The notes below the pieces were generated by a model. The model searched no databases. It saw only the letters and a program-made list of their open reading frames with translations, and was not told where the DNA came from. From Phoronis australis (taxonomy: Eukaryota; Animalia; Phoronida), in the NCBI GenBank assembly GCA_002633005.1, contig NMRA01000022.1, forward strand, positions 991,357 through 1,055,356: 64,000 nt of DNA. The letters run 5' to 3'. Shown piece by piece: positions 13,931 through 27,100 of this stretch. Numbering within the stretch: the stretch's first letter is position 1; each line of letters starts with the position of its first letter. The translations under genes were made by a program, and so were the position numbers.

Positions 13931-15041
13931 AGATGAAACGGCAGGTCGTAACGTGACAAGTTCGATTTTTCAACGGAATGTTAAAAATATAGATAAATAT
14001 CAAAACGTTCTAATCTGTTGTTGGGAAATTAAATTCAACTTGTTAAATGCATTTATCGTCATTATTTTGACATTTGTCACTTTATTTATATCAAGCCTTA
14101 GGGTTTATTTTGCATTACTCATCTCTATTTGTAGCCTCAAGGGTCTACTTTTGTTTTCATACATTTCTCTACTCGACACTAGATTGGTCATCAATCACAT
14201 TTCCTTTGTTCAGTTCAACGTGGTCTTGCTCATTCAACCACCTAGTACCTGGTCGTATACAAGACCTACGGGTGTCTGTTCAAATTTTTTTTCTCGTTAT
14301 ACATTAGCCTGTTAGGCCTTTTGTAAGTTTTTGTTTATAATCTGTACATTTTCTTTAGGCCCGGGAGTTCTTTTTGTCTTTTGTTTTGGTTCCATCATTA
14401 AGGGCTATTCATTGTAATCGCCGGTGGCGTTTTATTCCATGCCCATCTTGCGGCAGAGTCTTATTTAGTTCTTCTACCTACGTCATAATAAATGACATTA
14501 TTCTCAATCCTCATCTTGTTTTACACTGCAACATAGCTCGTGACGTACATCAGGCAATTAGATTACGATAAAGGGAATTAACACCTATTGCTGTAGGCTT
14601 CCGTTTGTATTGGCGGATGAACATGCATTTTGTTTCCGTCTAGTATACCGGTTTGTAATACGTTCACATAAGCGGCGAAAACCCTAGCAGTTACACTGGC
14701 TAAACCGCTGTTAACGTTTAGCCAGCAATGATTTAAAACGATTTTACGTCTATTTGCGACTTCAACGTTGTTGCAGAAAACGAAAAATCAACTTGTCCCG
14801 CCGAAGCTGAATCCTTATGTAGGGAATTAAATCGAAAAATGACCCTTTTGTTGGAAATTATGTACGAAAAAGTACCGTTTCCGTAGGGTTACTGGTCGTG
14901 ATGAAAAGTCTCTGACTTTCTCGAGTACACCCCCCGCGCTCAGTGCGGCAGCCTTTACTAGCCGTTAGTCATGCGTCTCATGACATCCAATTCAACTGAG
15001 TGATATTTTACTGATGAGAAACACTTTGAATCCATACTACA

Positions 15042-15162
15042 ATGACAACCGAGTGTCAAGCGGGAAAGACAAAGACGGATTTGAAAAAGAATGCCGGACG
15101 CATGTCTCGAATTTTCACAACATACAAGGAACAGTTTGAGCCACTGAAGGCGCTTGTCACAG
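15042..15162 (+). CDS. Carotenoid oxygenase A exon 1
   Basis: MTTECQAGK...EQFEPLKALVT-G; donor GTGATG; same length as, and homologous to, gene B exon 1. Confidence 0.85.
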
Positions 15163-18100
15163 GTGATGTCTTGAACACGTGTTGTGATGAAATGAAGAAA
15201 TTGTATTTAGTGTGTTTATCAGTAGTCATTTAGGCAGGGTGGTTCGAAATGATCTATCGTTCCCGGAGCCTAAAATTTATCTTTCCTACGAATGAGAGCA
15301 TTTAAATTGTAACTAATCCCAGGTTAATAGTATCTGTTTTTCTTTACCTGGATTTATGCAGAACAAATTTCCCATCACTGTTTTATCTGTGGTCCGTATA
15401 ACTAAGTATTTTATTTTCATCACCCAATATATTGTTTGTCATAGACAGTATATGTTGCAGATTGGTTAAACAACTGTAGTCTCTCATTTGACCGAGTTCA
15501 TCGACGGCTGTGCGTAATGAACATTCATCTTCAATCACGTGATCTTAATTATGACATATTGAAAACACAGATGCAGCAGAGTAATGTTTTAACCATAGAC
15601 TGAACTCCGAGAAATCGTTAGCGGGTCTTCTGAAACCGTACCTCGATCAAGAGTCTAGCTTGACAATTCCATTATGAACAAAAATGACAAGACCAAAATG
15701 AAGCAATGACTTAATTTGGTAACTGTAGACCACTCGATCAAAACTCAGTCGAACGGACAACTGGCAATACAGTCAAAGATACTATATCCCCAAGATGGCC
15801 GTCCTAATGTACTTTGCCTAGTCACATATTTTGGAACAGCGCCACCTATTAACTGGAGACCAAGTTGTATTCGGAGACCTTCAAACCAGGTTTGAGCCTG
15901 AGCTGAAGATTGTAACTATCATGAATAAAAACAAGTTTTTTAGACATAAAACCAATTTTGATGAATTATATTTATAATTTATTTGAGGAAAACATAATTT
16001 ATGATGATGTTATGGCCAATACGATAATTATTGTGATGTAATAACACTAGAATGAAAGCAAATGCCATTCAAATGAATAACAAAATTTTCAGACCCCTTT
16101 GTAGGCATAGCAATACAAAACAATACCATGTCAATCTTGAGGAATCATCATTTGTATTTACATGGCAGTTTATGCAATTATGATAACTATTTAACTGTAA
16201 TTAACTGAGACTCTGCCAGGGCTAAGACTAGTAGGAAAGCAACCCCCTGAATTCAATTGAATGACATTTTTCACATGGTTTTCTAACTACAGCAACAGAA
16301 TAAAATAAATATAACATTAACTTATATATTTTAGCATAATATTTCATCATATATTACGTGACACTCATATAATAATTTTTGTTGCTGAAAGCCACGGAAT
16401 AAAACAAATTTGAATAATAAATAATACTCACTGTATAAAGAAAGGAAGAGTAATAATAAATAAGAGCATGTGGATCAATATTATTTTTTATTCCAACTTT
16501 GTAACACACCAGTTCAAAACACATTACAATCATTGTAATTTTAACACACAATTGGTGAATTGTATGAAAACAATGATTATAATACATTTTACAATATATG
16601 TCAATACATGAAATAATACAGATACTTCAGCCATGAGACCTAGCACTTCTACAGTACTAATGTTTTGGAATAACTGCAAATACAACTCACTCGGTACAAC
16701 AGCATGAACAGGCTACAGATGAAGGACTTTAGATTAATTAGAGTATGCAAACCATGGGCGGCGCAGCACTGGAACAAGTGGGAAGGGGGCTATAGCCCCA
16801 CAGCCGCCTATGGTCAGCTGCCTGTGCAAACTACAAGCAATGCAGCATAAAGTGACAAACTGGAGCCTAAATGTGGAGCATCCTTCCTGATTTTCTTCAT
16901 AGTTCCATTCTCTGTGCTGGTGCCTTCCTTTTGCAGACAATAGAGGGTGGAGGGTTTGGCAGGTTGAAGATGGTTGGGACAGCATTCCAGTTCAAGCGAT
17001 TTCTAAACATAATAAATGTAACCGTATTCTGGGGTGTGCAACACACAAAATTGTCTGGGTACAGTAGAATGTGTCATAGAACAACGTGCCTTTGTCACTA
17101 TAATGTTCTAAAGAAGGGATTATACAGAAGTTGGCCAAATAATACCTGTTCCATGTCAGGAAAACAACAATTACTAGTCCATAGCTCTGGCCAAAGCTAA
17201 AGGAGAAGTCTTTCCTAGCTCATGCCACTGTAATAATCCCAAAGTGGGTTCAGATTTCGGCTCTAAAACTGATTAAGAACTCAAATAGTTCAATGTTTCG
17301 ATAAAAATGTGCATGTACGTTGTTTCGCACAATCTCCAGGTGTGATTCCAACATGGTTGAAGGGTGACTTAGTTCGTGCTGGACCAGGGATGTTTGAAAT
17401 CAACGGAGATAAGTTCAATCACTTCTTCGACGGCATGTCTATTCTCCACAAGTTTTCAATACACAAAGGACAGGTTACTTACCAAAGCAAGTAAGTTATA
17501 GTTTATACAACAAGTTTACGGTAGTTGAGCACATAGGGCATACAACATGTAGAGTGTATGAGCCTCAGGACATCTCGCGTATCCGTCGCGCCTGGTGACG
17601 GTAACACTACAGTTTTTCATTAGTATGATGCTCAATCAACGTGTCAAGGAGAGTCACCTAACACAGCATCGACATCTGGGTAGAGTTCAGTAACGATAGG
17701 ACCTACGCTAGGACCTCGCTAAAATCTGTCCAAAACCACGGTCAAGTTCACGGCAATATCTCACGTAATCTTGCTTTTAGCGAGGTCCTAGCGTTACTGA
17801 AATCTACCCTGGGGCACGTTCCATCGTTGGAGGAAGTCGCAAGTAAAGCAAGAGTGAACATGCGCTTCATATGTACTGCATGGCGATAACCCTTGAAGAC
17901 TTCACGAACTTTGCTCTACGGAAGGCAATGCAGTTCCCAGTACTTCGGCCAGCCCAGTCCCGAATCTCCATCAACTGGAATACAAATTTTCTCGAAGTAT
18001 ACCACCATGCAATTCAGTGGCCAAACTTCGTCACATGATTACTGCTCGTGAACTTATCAACGTTGGTCAAGCATTGTGTTTGTGTCCGTGGTGGCTGCTG

Positions 18101-21100
18101 GTCTAAGAGCACGCTTATTTTCACGGGGCCGTGCATGAAACTATATGTGCGTGAGACATGACTGTTTAATTACAACGAAAATTTTATGCCTCTTTCTCTT
18201 GTCTGTGGCGATAAATATGTTAGCTTCTGCCTTTGTTTTGTGCTACCGTCTGAAGCTGGTATCCAGTACAACTTGTAATGAAGATGATAACAGATTTTTA
18301 CAAATCAAAATTTGTATAAATGCTGGTTACGTATCATGTCACTCACTTGGAAACTTTCACCGTAGGTTTTTGCGCAGCGATGCGTTCAAGACAAACATGC
18401 AAAACCAGAGAATATCTGTTACCGAGTTTGGCACGACTGCTACTCCGGATCCATGTAAATCGTTATTCCAACGGTAAGTGAGTTTGAAACCACAAATACA
18501 ATGTCTTTAACTATGACTACACTTTAAGCTTAACATCTAAACTATTCAATTTGTTTTCCCCCCAACTTTATGTTAAAATTTCAAAACCTCTTCTTCAATA
18601 ATCAAAATATTTAAGTTACCACGGCGTATATCTCGTCTTCTGTTACTATGGAAGTTTGGTTGTAATGAAGAGGCGTCCCATGTCTATATGTTTTACGAGC
18701 ATCCTTGCCAAAGGCCTACGTACGGTAGATACTTTCCAAGAGACGAACGTGTTTTATGTTTTGCCGTTATCCTGCCCCCTCCTCAGAGTACAACCAAATC
18801 ATCGCGGTACGTATTTAACCGACAAACCCGACCGCTCCCCGGTTTGCTGAATGTGATGCAGTTCGATCAGCACTGAGACATGCATATTATCATCGAATAG
18901 CCGACAGTGGCATCGATGCACTCTGTCATATTATCACCGGAATTGTGGAATCCCTCGCAGCACTGAAAATGAGTGGGATAGGGCCTACTAGATAATACTC
19001 CAGTCCCAACGGTTGCATCTCGCTCTCTTGGTAAAATGAGTGAATTGATTGAACTGATGACATTGACCCATAAGACAATATGCATGTACTGTACATGAAA
19101 TCTGCGCAAGTAAAATACTGTGTAGTCAAGTGATTTGACTTTTGACCTAGAAAGTTATGACTTGGAGAATAAATCATCAAGACATGTAGCCGCGTACTGT
19201 GTGGAACATTTTATTTAAAAATTCAGGTATGTTTCATGAACCATTGCAATGAGCAAACAACTTGAAATGTTTTATTAATGCACTTAGAAACTTAGTTTCG
19301 ATTATGTCACGATATGATGTAGGACTGACAAAAAGCCATAGCACAGACTAGACGACTCTGATGTATTCTAGCTCAAACATTACTGGTTATAGAAGTGCCG
19401 TCGAGTAACTTGCAAAATGTATCAACGAAGGATGGCCTTCCCAACAAGAGGGCAGATTAGTCCCCTATAGTCACAATACGGAATTGTCGTTTACTTTTTA
19501 ATAATGTCCGCTGGGTATGTGCAAGACATTTATAATCTCACTGTCCTCGTACATTGCGTTGGTGTTACGGTTAGTAAATGCGCACACATTCAAGAAGTTA
19601 ACTGAAATTTCGGCTTGCACGAAGCCCGCTAGACACGTAACCCGATCTGAAAATAAGTATTTACAGACACGCTCCACAAGGTTGTTAACCGTGGAGCACA
19701 ATTTTCATGCCCAAATATTACAAATTAAAATCGTACTTGTGGTAGTTGCAAGGCTTGAATGAAGCAAATACAGTACCAGTTCCAAACCTAAGAGAAAGAG
19801 TAATTTAGTGAAAGACGTCAGCAGTATATGCAAAAATATCCACTGACATTTTCCACACACACTGGCATGCGTTGCTGCTCTCGACGCCATCTTGTCGCTG
19901 AGTGTACTGCCGTAATTTGCCATGATTGGAGAAAAGATGTCAACAGTAAAGCCTAATGATCTACGTTGTAGCCATTGATTGATTTAGAAACTAGACCGAC
20001 TATCGTGATCTTAATCTGGCGGAAGCGGAAACAGACGTCGAAGTCTCCATTTTGAAGGTGGTCTTTTTATCGATAATTTTCTTAAACTTTGGGATGCTAA
20101 TTCTTGTAAACGTGAACAGAAGAGAGCATGATTATTTTATGGAACCTAAGATTGAACTATCACGAACCACAGTTCCAAGTAAATTCCTTCAGTCGACCAC
20201 TATGGTCGAACCATTGACCTGAACCAACTACACGACCCTGCTTTCGAGCTAAGATTGATGTACGGCCATAAGATGGCGATTTCCAGTTGATCCAGGTTGA
20301 TGCTTAATTTATGCGGACTTATAGGCTAGACTGAGTCATAGGCAATCACTTGGTTGCTTCAGTAGCGAGTCTTTTTTTTCTAATCCATCTGATCTCTGGT
20401 TAAAGATTGCTCCTGAAGTGAAAACGATCTATATGTGATTAGCTCCTAGCAGTTGACTATATGCTCTTGAACAACTAAAGCATCCTGTATTTTTTTCCAG
20501 ATTCTTTGCTACTTTCAACGAGGAAATCAGTGACAACTGCACTGTCAACATCTTACCTTTTCAAAATGACGAATTCTACGTTGCTACGGAAACACCTTTC
20601 TTGCGCAAGTTTGATCCTAAATCTTTAGACACTCTGGAAAAGGTAAACAACACTGCAAAATGTCCCCGCGTAATACAAAATAAGTGGGCTCGAGATGGTT
20701 GTCTTTAGACACTGCCTTCGACCAATGAGCATTGCTTTGACAGACAAAAACCTTCAAAAGCAACACAAGGCGATATGCGGCCCACCATGTTGCACCGCTA
20801 ACCGTGAATTGTAAGCTACTAGGGTGTTTATTAGTTTCGTACAATTTAATTGGAAATCTTTTCCAATTTTGCTACTAACCTTCTGATTTCAATGCACTCT
20901 AATCGTGCATCTTTCTTACGGGTTCATCAAAATATCTCAATATATGTTGAAAAAAATCGACGGACAACGAATATGTTGCAAAAAGTAAACTAGCCAACGC
21001 AATCCACCTGAAAGCAAATGCATTGTGGGTACCCTAGTCCCAGTTTCATCTTTCATCAAAATCTGTACATTGGTCGAATTCTAAAACGGGTAACAAGGTG

Positions 21101-24100
21101 AGGCAACGGTGATGGAATCCCTCCAAACATCAAGTGGTGTATCCGAATCCCAGCCACATGCCTCTGCACCATGTTTCTTCAATCTCTGCCAAGTGATGAT
21201 AGAATAAAAGCAACAAAAACAGGGATATTCAAATCCTTCCACCTACATGTATAGCTTTCTCATGCTTGTTTTGCAGATCGATCTTCAACAGTTGGTTGCA
21301 GTTAACCTCGCTACCGCACATCCACATTTCGAAGAAGATGGTACCATGTATAACATCGGCAGCTCGTTTGACGACGGCAGACCTCATTTCTGTGTCATTA
21401 AGGTACCTCCAGCGGACCTGGACAAGAATGGTAATTAAGTTTCTCCCCCAATAGATGTACGTGTTCTCACAGGTCGTACCTCGAATTTTCCCCAGTTTGT
21501 CTTCTATATACTCGATGGCAACTGACTGGAGCTTGAGAGTTCAATATGACCGGGTATTTCAGAAAAAATACGATTGATTTTCTTAGAAATCTTATCAGCA
21601 ATGCAAGCATACTAAAGACAGTGAAAAGGTAGGTGCCAAAATTGTCAAAAGGACTCACAACGAGTAGAGAAGATTTATGGCCGGATCTCTGCTGTGTCAT
21701 CCAAGCGAACCTACAGCTGTATAGCATGACTGCTTTTCTAAAGAACGTTTCTTGCAAGCTGCATACGATTTTTAAGAATTTAGTTATTTTACATGGAAGG
21801 AATTAATCCACAACACTGGAAAAGACCCTTTGCAGAATAACTTGATATCAGTTGTTTATTACGGGGAAAATTACGGAGAAATGAATTCTACGTGAGCTCT
21901 CAGTAAGCCATTTAAATGCGTCGTTTAGTGCCAGAGCAAAAAACTTTAATGGAAAATTGTTATTTGTACGTCAAGTTGCAATATTTAAAGGACCATGCCA
22001 CCCAAAAAACAACCTAATTTGTATCAATTTAGATCGAGTAGTTATACTCCATAACGACACGTACGGTTGCGTTACCTGACACCTGACGGCAGACGGAGGT
22101 GTTGAAATTATCCAATGACGTCATCGGTTTCACACGCAGTCTGTTAAGCAGTTCACAACACGGGTTACTGGTGCCAGCTTATCGCTTGAAGTCATCGTTT
22201 AACACCAATAAAACATCAAACTTCGTTGTAAAACCCTTAAAAATACACCGAGTTCTTATAAAACGTGTTGTTTTATTTCGCTCTTACGGATTTATTGGTA
22301 TTTGGACACACCGTAGCCTATTATGTAGCGTACAGTCACACGCACATTAGATGTCTCTCTTGTCGTTGTTGTTGACCCAGCGGTTTACACGCGTATAATA
22401 ATAATACCGTAACAGTGGCTCATAAAACTTTATTTATGATATGATGCGAGTAATAATACGAATTACGATTCGCGATACGATACGATACGATACGATACGA
22501 TACAATTTTCAATACGGTTAAACCAACGCTGGGTATCTGTGATATTTTCTACAAAGTTCGGCAGGCCAATAAGGCCCGTATCAGGAGTTTGGGATGTGTT
22601 TGGAGATAATTTCGAAGTATTTTCCGTGAGATATAGACAGAAGAACCTAGATCTGTGTTGTTTAGACTTGTGATTTTTTGAGCTCTAAACACAAAACGCT
22701 TGTTATCCTGGCCAGTGGCTCGGAGCCCGATCAGGCCCGTCGCGGCCGGCCGGATTGACTCGTTATCCNNNNNNNNNNNNNNNNNNNNNNNNNNNNNNNN
22801 NNNNNNNNNNNNNNNNNNNNNNNNNNNNNNNNNNNNNNNNNNNNNNNNNNNNNNNNNNNNNNNNNNNNNNNNNNNNNNNNNNNNNNNNNNNNNNNNNNNN
22901 NNNNNNNNNNNNNNNNNNNNNNNNNNNNNNNNNNNNNNNNNNNNNNNNNNNNNNNNNNNNNNNNNNNNNNNNNNNNNNNNNNNNNNNNNNNNNNNNNNNN
23001 NNNNNNNNNNNNNNNNNNNNNNNNNNNNNNNNNNNNNNNNNNNNNNNNNNNNNNNNNNNNNNNNNNNNNNNNNNNNNNNNNNTTGGTAAAATGAGTGAAC
23101 TGATTGAACTGATGACGTTGACCCATAAGACAATATGCATGTACATGAAATCTGCGCAGGTAAAATACTGTGTGTAGTCAAGTGATTTGACTATTGACCT
23201 AGAAAGTTATGACTTGGAGAATAAATCATCAAGACATGTAGCCGCGTAGTGTGTGGAACATTTTATTTAAAATGTCAGGTATTTTTCATGAACCATTGCA
23301 ATTAGCAAACAACTTGAAATGTTTTATTAGAACACTTAGAAACTTAGTTTCGATTATGTCACGATATGACGTAGGACTGACTACAAGCCATAGCACAGAC
23401 TAGACGACTCTGATGTAGTCTAGCTCAAACATTATTGGTTATAGAAGTGCCGTCGAGTAACTTGCAAAATGTATCAACGAAAGATGGCCTTCCCAACACG
23501 AGGGCAGATTAGTCCCCTATAGTCACAATACGGAATTGTCGTTTACTTTTTAATAATGTCCACTGGGTAGGTGCAACACATTTATAATCTCCCTGTCCTC
23601 GTATATTGCGTTGGTGTTACGGTTAGTAAATGGGCACACAGTCAAGAAGTTAACTGAAATTTCGGCTTGCACGAAGCCCGCTAGACACGTAACCCGATCT
23701 GTAAATAAGTATTTACAGACACGCTCCACAAGGTTGTTAACCGTGGAGCACAATTTTCATGCCCAAATATCACAAATTAAAATCGTACTTGTGGTAGTTG
23801 CAAGGCTTGAATGAAGCAAAATACAGTACCAGTTCCTAAGCAAAAGAGAAAAAGTAATTTATTGAAAGACGTCAGCAGTATATGCAAAAATGTCCACTGA
23901 CATTTTCCACACACACTGGCATGCCTTGCTGCTCTCGTCGCCATCTTGTCGCTGAGTGTACTGCCGTAAGTTGCCATGATTGGTGAAAAGATGTCAACAG
24001 TATAGCCTAATGACCTACTTTGTAGCCATTGGTTGATTTAGAAACGAGACCCACTATCGTGATCTTAATCTGGCGGAAGCGGAAACAGACGTCGAAGTCT

Positions 24101-27100
24101 CCATTTTGAAGGTGGTCTTTTTATCGATAATTTTCTTAAATTTTGTAATTCTTGTAAACGTGAACAGAAGAGAGCATGATTATTTTATGGAACCTAAGAT
24201 TGAACTATCGCGAACCATAGTTCCAAGTGAATTCCTTCAGTCGACCACTATGGTCGAACCATTGACTTTTGAACCAACGATGCGACCCTGCTGCCGAGCT
24301 AAGATTGGTGTACGGCCATAAGATGGCGACTTCCAGGTTGATCCAGGTTGATGCTTAATTTATGCGGACTTATAGACTAGACTGAGTCATAGGCAATCAC
24401 TTGGTTGCTTCAGTAGCGAGTCCTTTTTTCTAATCCAGCTGATCTCTGGTTAAAGATTGCTCCTGAAGTGAAAACGATCTATATGTGATTAGCTCCTAGC
24501 AGTTGACTATACATGTATGCACTTGAATAACTAAAGCCTTCTGTATCTTTTTCCAGATTCTTCGCTACTTTTAACGAGGAAATCAGTGACAACTGCAGTG
24601 TCAACATCTTACCTTTTCAAAATGACGAATTCTACGTTGCTACGGAAACACCTTTCTTGCGCAAGTTTGATCCTCAATCTTTAGACACTCTGGAAAAGGT
24701 AAACAACACTGCAGAATGTGCTCGCGTAAAACAAAATAAGTGGGCTCGAGATGGTTGTCTTTAGACACTGCCTTCGACCAATGAGCATTGCTTTGACAGA
24801 CAAAAACTTCAAAAGCAACGCAAGGCGATATGCGGCCCACCATGTTGCACCGCTAACCGTGAATTGTAAGCTACTGGGGTGTTTATTAGTTTCGTACAAT
24901 TTAATTTGAAATCTTTTCCAATTTTGCTACTAACCTTCTGATTTCAGTGCACTTTAATCATGCATCTTTCTTACGGGTTCATCAAAATATCTCAATATAT
25001 TTTGAAAATAATCGACGGACAAAGAATATGTTGCAAAAAGTTAATTAGCCAACGCAATCCACCTGAAAACAAATGAATTGTGGGTATCCTAGTCCCAGTT
25101 TCATCAAAATCTGTACATTGGTCGAATTCTAAAACGGGTAACAAGTTGAGGCAACGGTGATGGAATCCCTCCAAACATCAAGTGGTGTATCCGAATCCCA
25201 GCCACATGCCTCTGCGTCTTGTTTCTTCAATCTCTGCCAAGTCATAATAGAATATTTAGTAAAAGCAACAAAAAACAAGGATATTCAAATCCTTACACCT
25301 ACATGTATAGCGTTCTCATGCTTGTTTTGCAGATCGATCTTCAACAGTTGGTCGCAGTTAACCTTGCTACCGCACATCCACATTTCGAAGAAGATGGTAC
25401 CATGTATAACATTGGCAGCTCATTTGACGACGGCAGGCCTCATTTTTGTGTGATTAAGGTACCTCCAGCGGACCTGGGCAAGAATGGTAATTAAGTTTCT
25501 TCCCCAATAAATGTACGTGTTCTCACAGGTCGTACTTCGAATTTTCCCCAGTTTGTCTTCTATATATTCGATGGCAACTGACTGGAGCTTGAGAGTTTTT
25601 TTGACTGGGCATCGTCCTCGACAGGGTAACAATGTGACCGGGTATTTCAGAAGCAATGCGATTGATTTTCTTAGAAATCTTATCAGCAATGCAAGCATAC
25701 TAAAGACAGTGAAAAGGTAGGTGCCAAAATTGTCAAAAGGACTCACAACGAGTAGAGAAGAATTATGGCCGGATATCTGCTGTGTCATCCAAGCGAACCT
25801 ATAGCATGACTGCTTTCTAAAGAACGTTTCTTGCAAGCTGCATACGATTTTTAAGAATTTAGTTATTTTACATGGGAGGAATTTATCCACAAAACTGGAA
25901 AAGACCCTTTGCAGAATAAATTGATATCAGTTGTTTATTACGGGGGAAATTACGGAGAAATGAATTCTACGTGAGCGCTCAGTAAGCCATTTAAGTGAGC
26001 CGTTTAGTACCAGGGCAAACAAAACTTTAATGGGAAATTGTTATTTGTACGTCAAGTTGCAATATTTAATCGTGCGGTGTTGTATTTTTACAGACAGGTC
26101 ACCTTCTGCTTTCTCCAAGGCAACCATGATGGCGAGAATTCCCGGCCAATTCAGGGTCTGTCCTTGCTATATTCACAGCTTTGCCATGACCGAAAACTAC
26201 ATCATTTTAATGGAACAGCCACTATATATCAACGTCTTAAAGTTGATATTCAAACATAAAGTAATGCGCAGGCCCTTCTCCGAGTGTTTTGATTTTGATG
26301 ACAAGCGTCCGGTAAGTAGAATATTTTTGTGTCACGCAGATATATGTATTAATGAAAATCAACGGATGCATCATCAATACTTTACGAAAAAGTTATTCTC
26401 ATTTCAGTCTGTGGAAATACAAAATCACCTCCATTAAATCTAAGGGAACGAGGCTTTCGTGATATCTTAAGGTTTAGGTAGTATCTTCTTCACAAGTACG
26501 TGTATTTAGACAAATACCTACAAGATAGTAGATTTTAACTCAGTAAAAACTGATATTTTCTGAATGTAGAAGGCCTGTAGAATTTGATGTGTGACTTTGT
26601 ACCAATCGGCCATTAATTGGGTCACATGACCTGATCTTTTGCAAAATGAAATGTATATTGGTAGCAAAACAGTAAGGTGATCAAATTTCACTTGATATAA
26701 ATTGTTCAAACTGAAATATCCAAACGTTGTTACACAGTTTTCTAAAGTACCATTTCGTTTTGTGCAACTTTTGATTTTTTTCATGAAAATCCTAAAAAGT
26801 CTTTTCGGAGAGTGGAGATCTTTAAAAGTAATTCCTAAAAAGTATTTGGAGAGCACGCAATACATAAGGCATAGTATCTGAAAGTTTCACAGGAAACCTG
26901 GTTGCCATTTCTGAGTTATGATGTTCCAAATTTAGTCAAATTTATAATTTCTCTGTGACATCTCATCCATACTTATGTCAAACATGAGAGTTATGAAATA
27001 TGCTTATTAATTGTGGTAAACTGGTCTCATAATTATCATCGCCATGATGGTAATAGGGACTGATTACCTCACACATATTGCAACTACTCCAAATTTGACA

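Larger units (their letters stand above)
19028..21988 (+). repeat. ~3 kb duplicated segment, copy A (contains exons 4 and 5 of oxygenase A)
   Basis: Collinear with 23083-26069, roughly 95-96% identical by eye; ends at the TTAA of a transposon insertion. Confidence 0.95.
23083..26069 (+). repeat. ~3 kb duplicated segment, copy B
   Basis: Collinear with 19028-21988 and continues directly into exon 6. Confidence 0.95.

Noticed and set aside
22549-23181. ORFs of 127-210 aa across the second gap
   Set aside because: They are N-run artefacts.
19028-26069. A third carotenoid oxygenase gene
   Set aside because: Only exons 4-5 are repeated, at allele-like divergence and across a gap.
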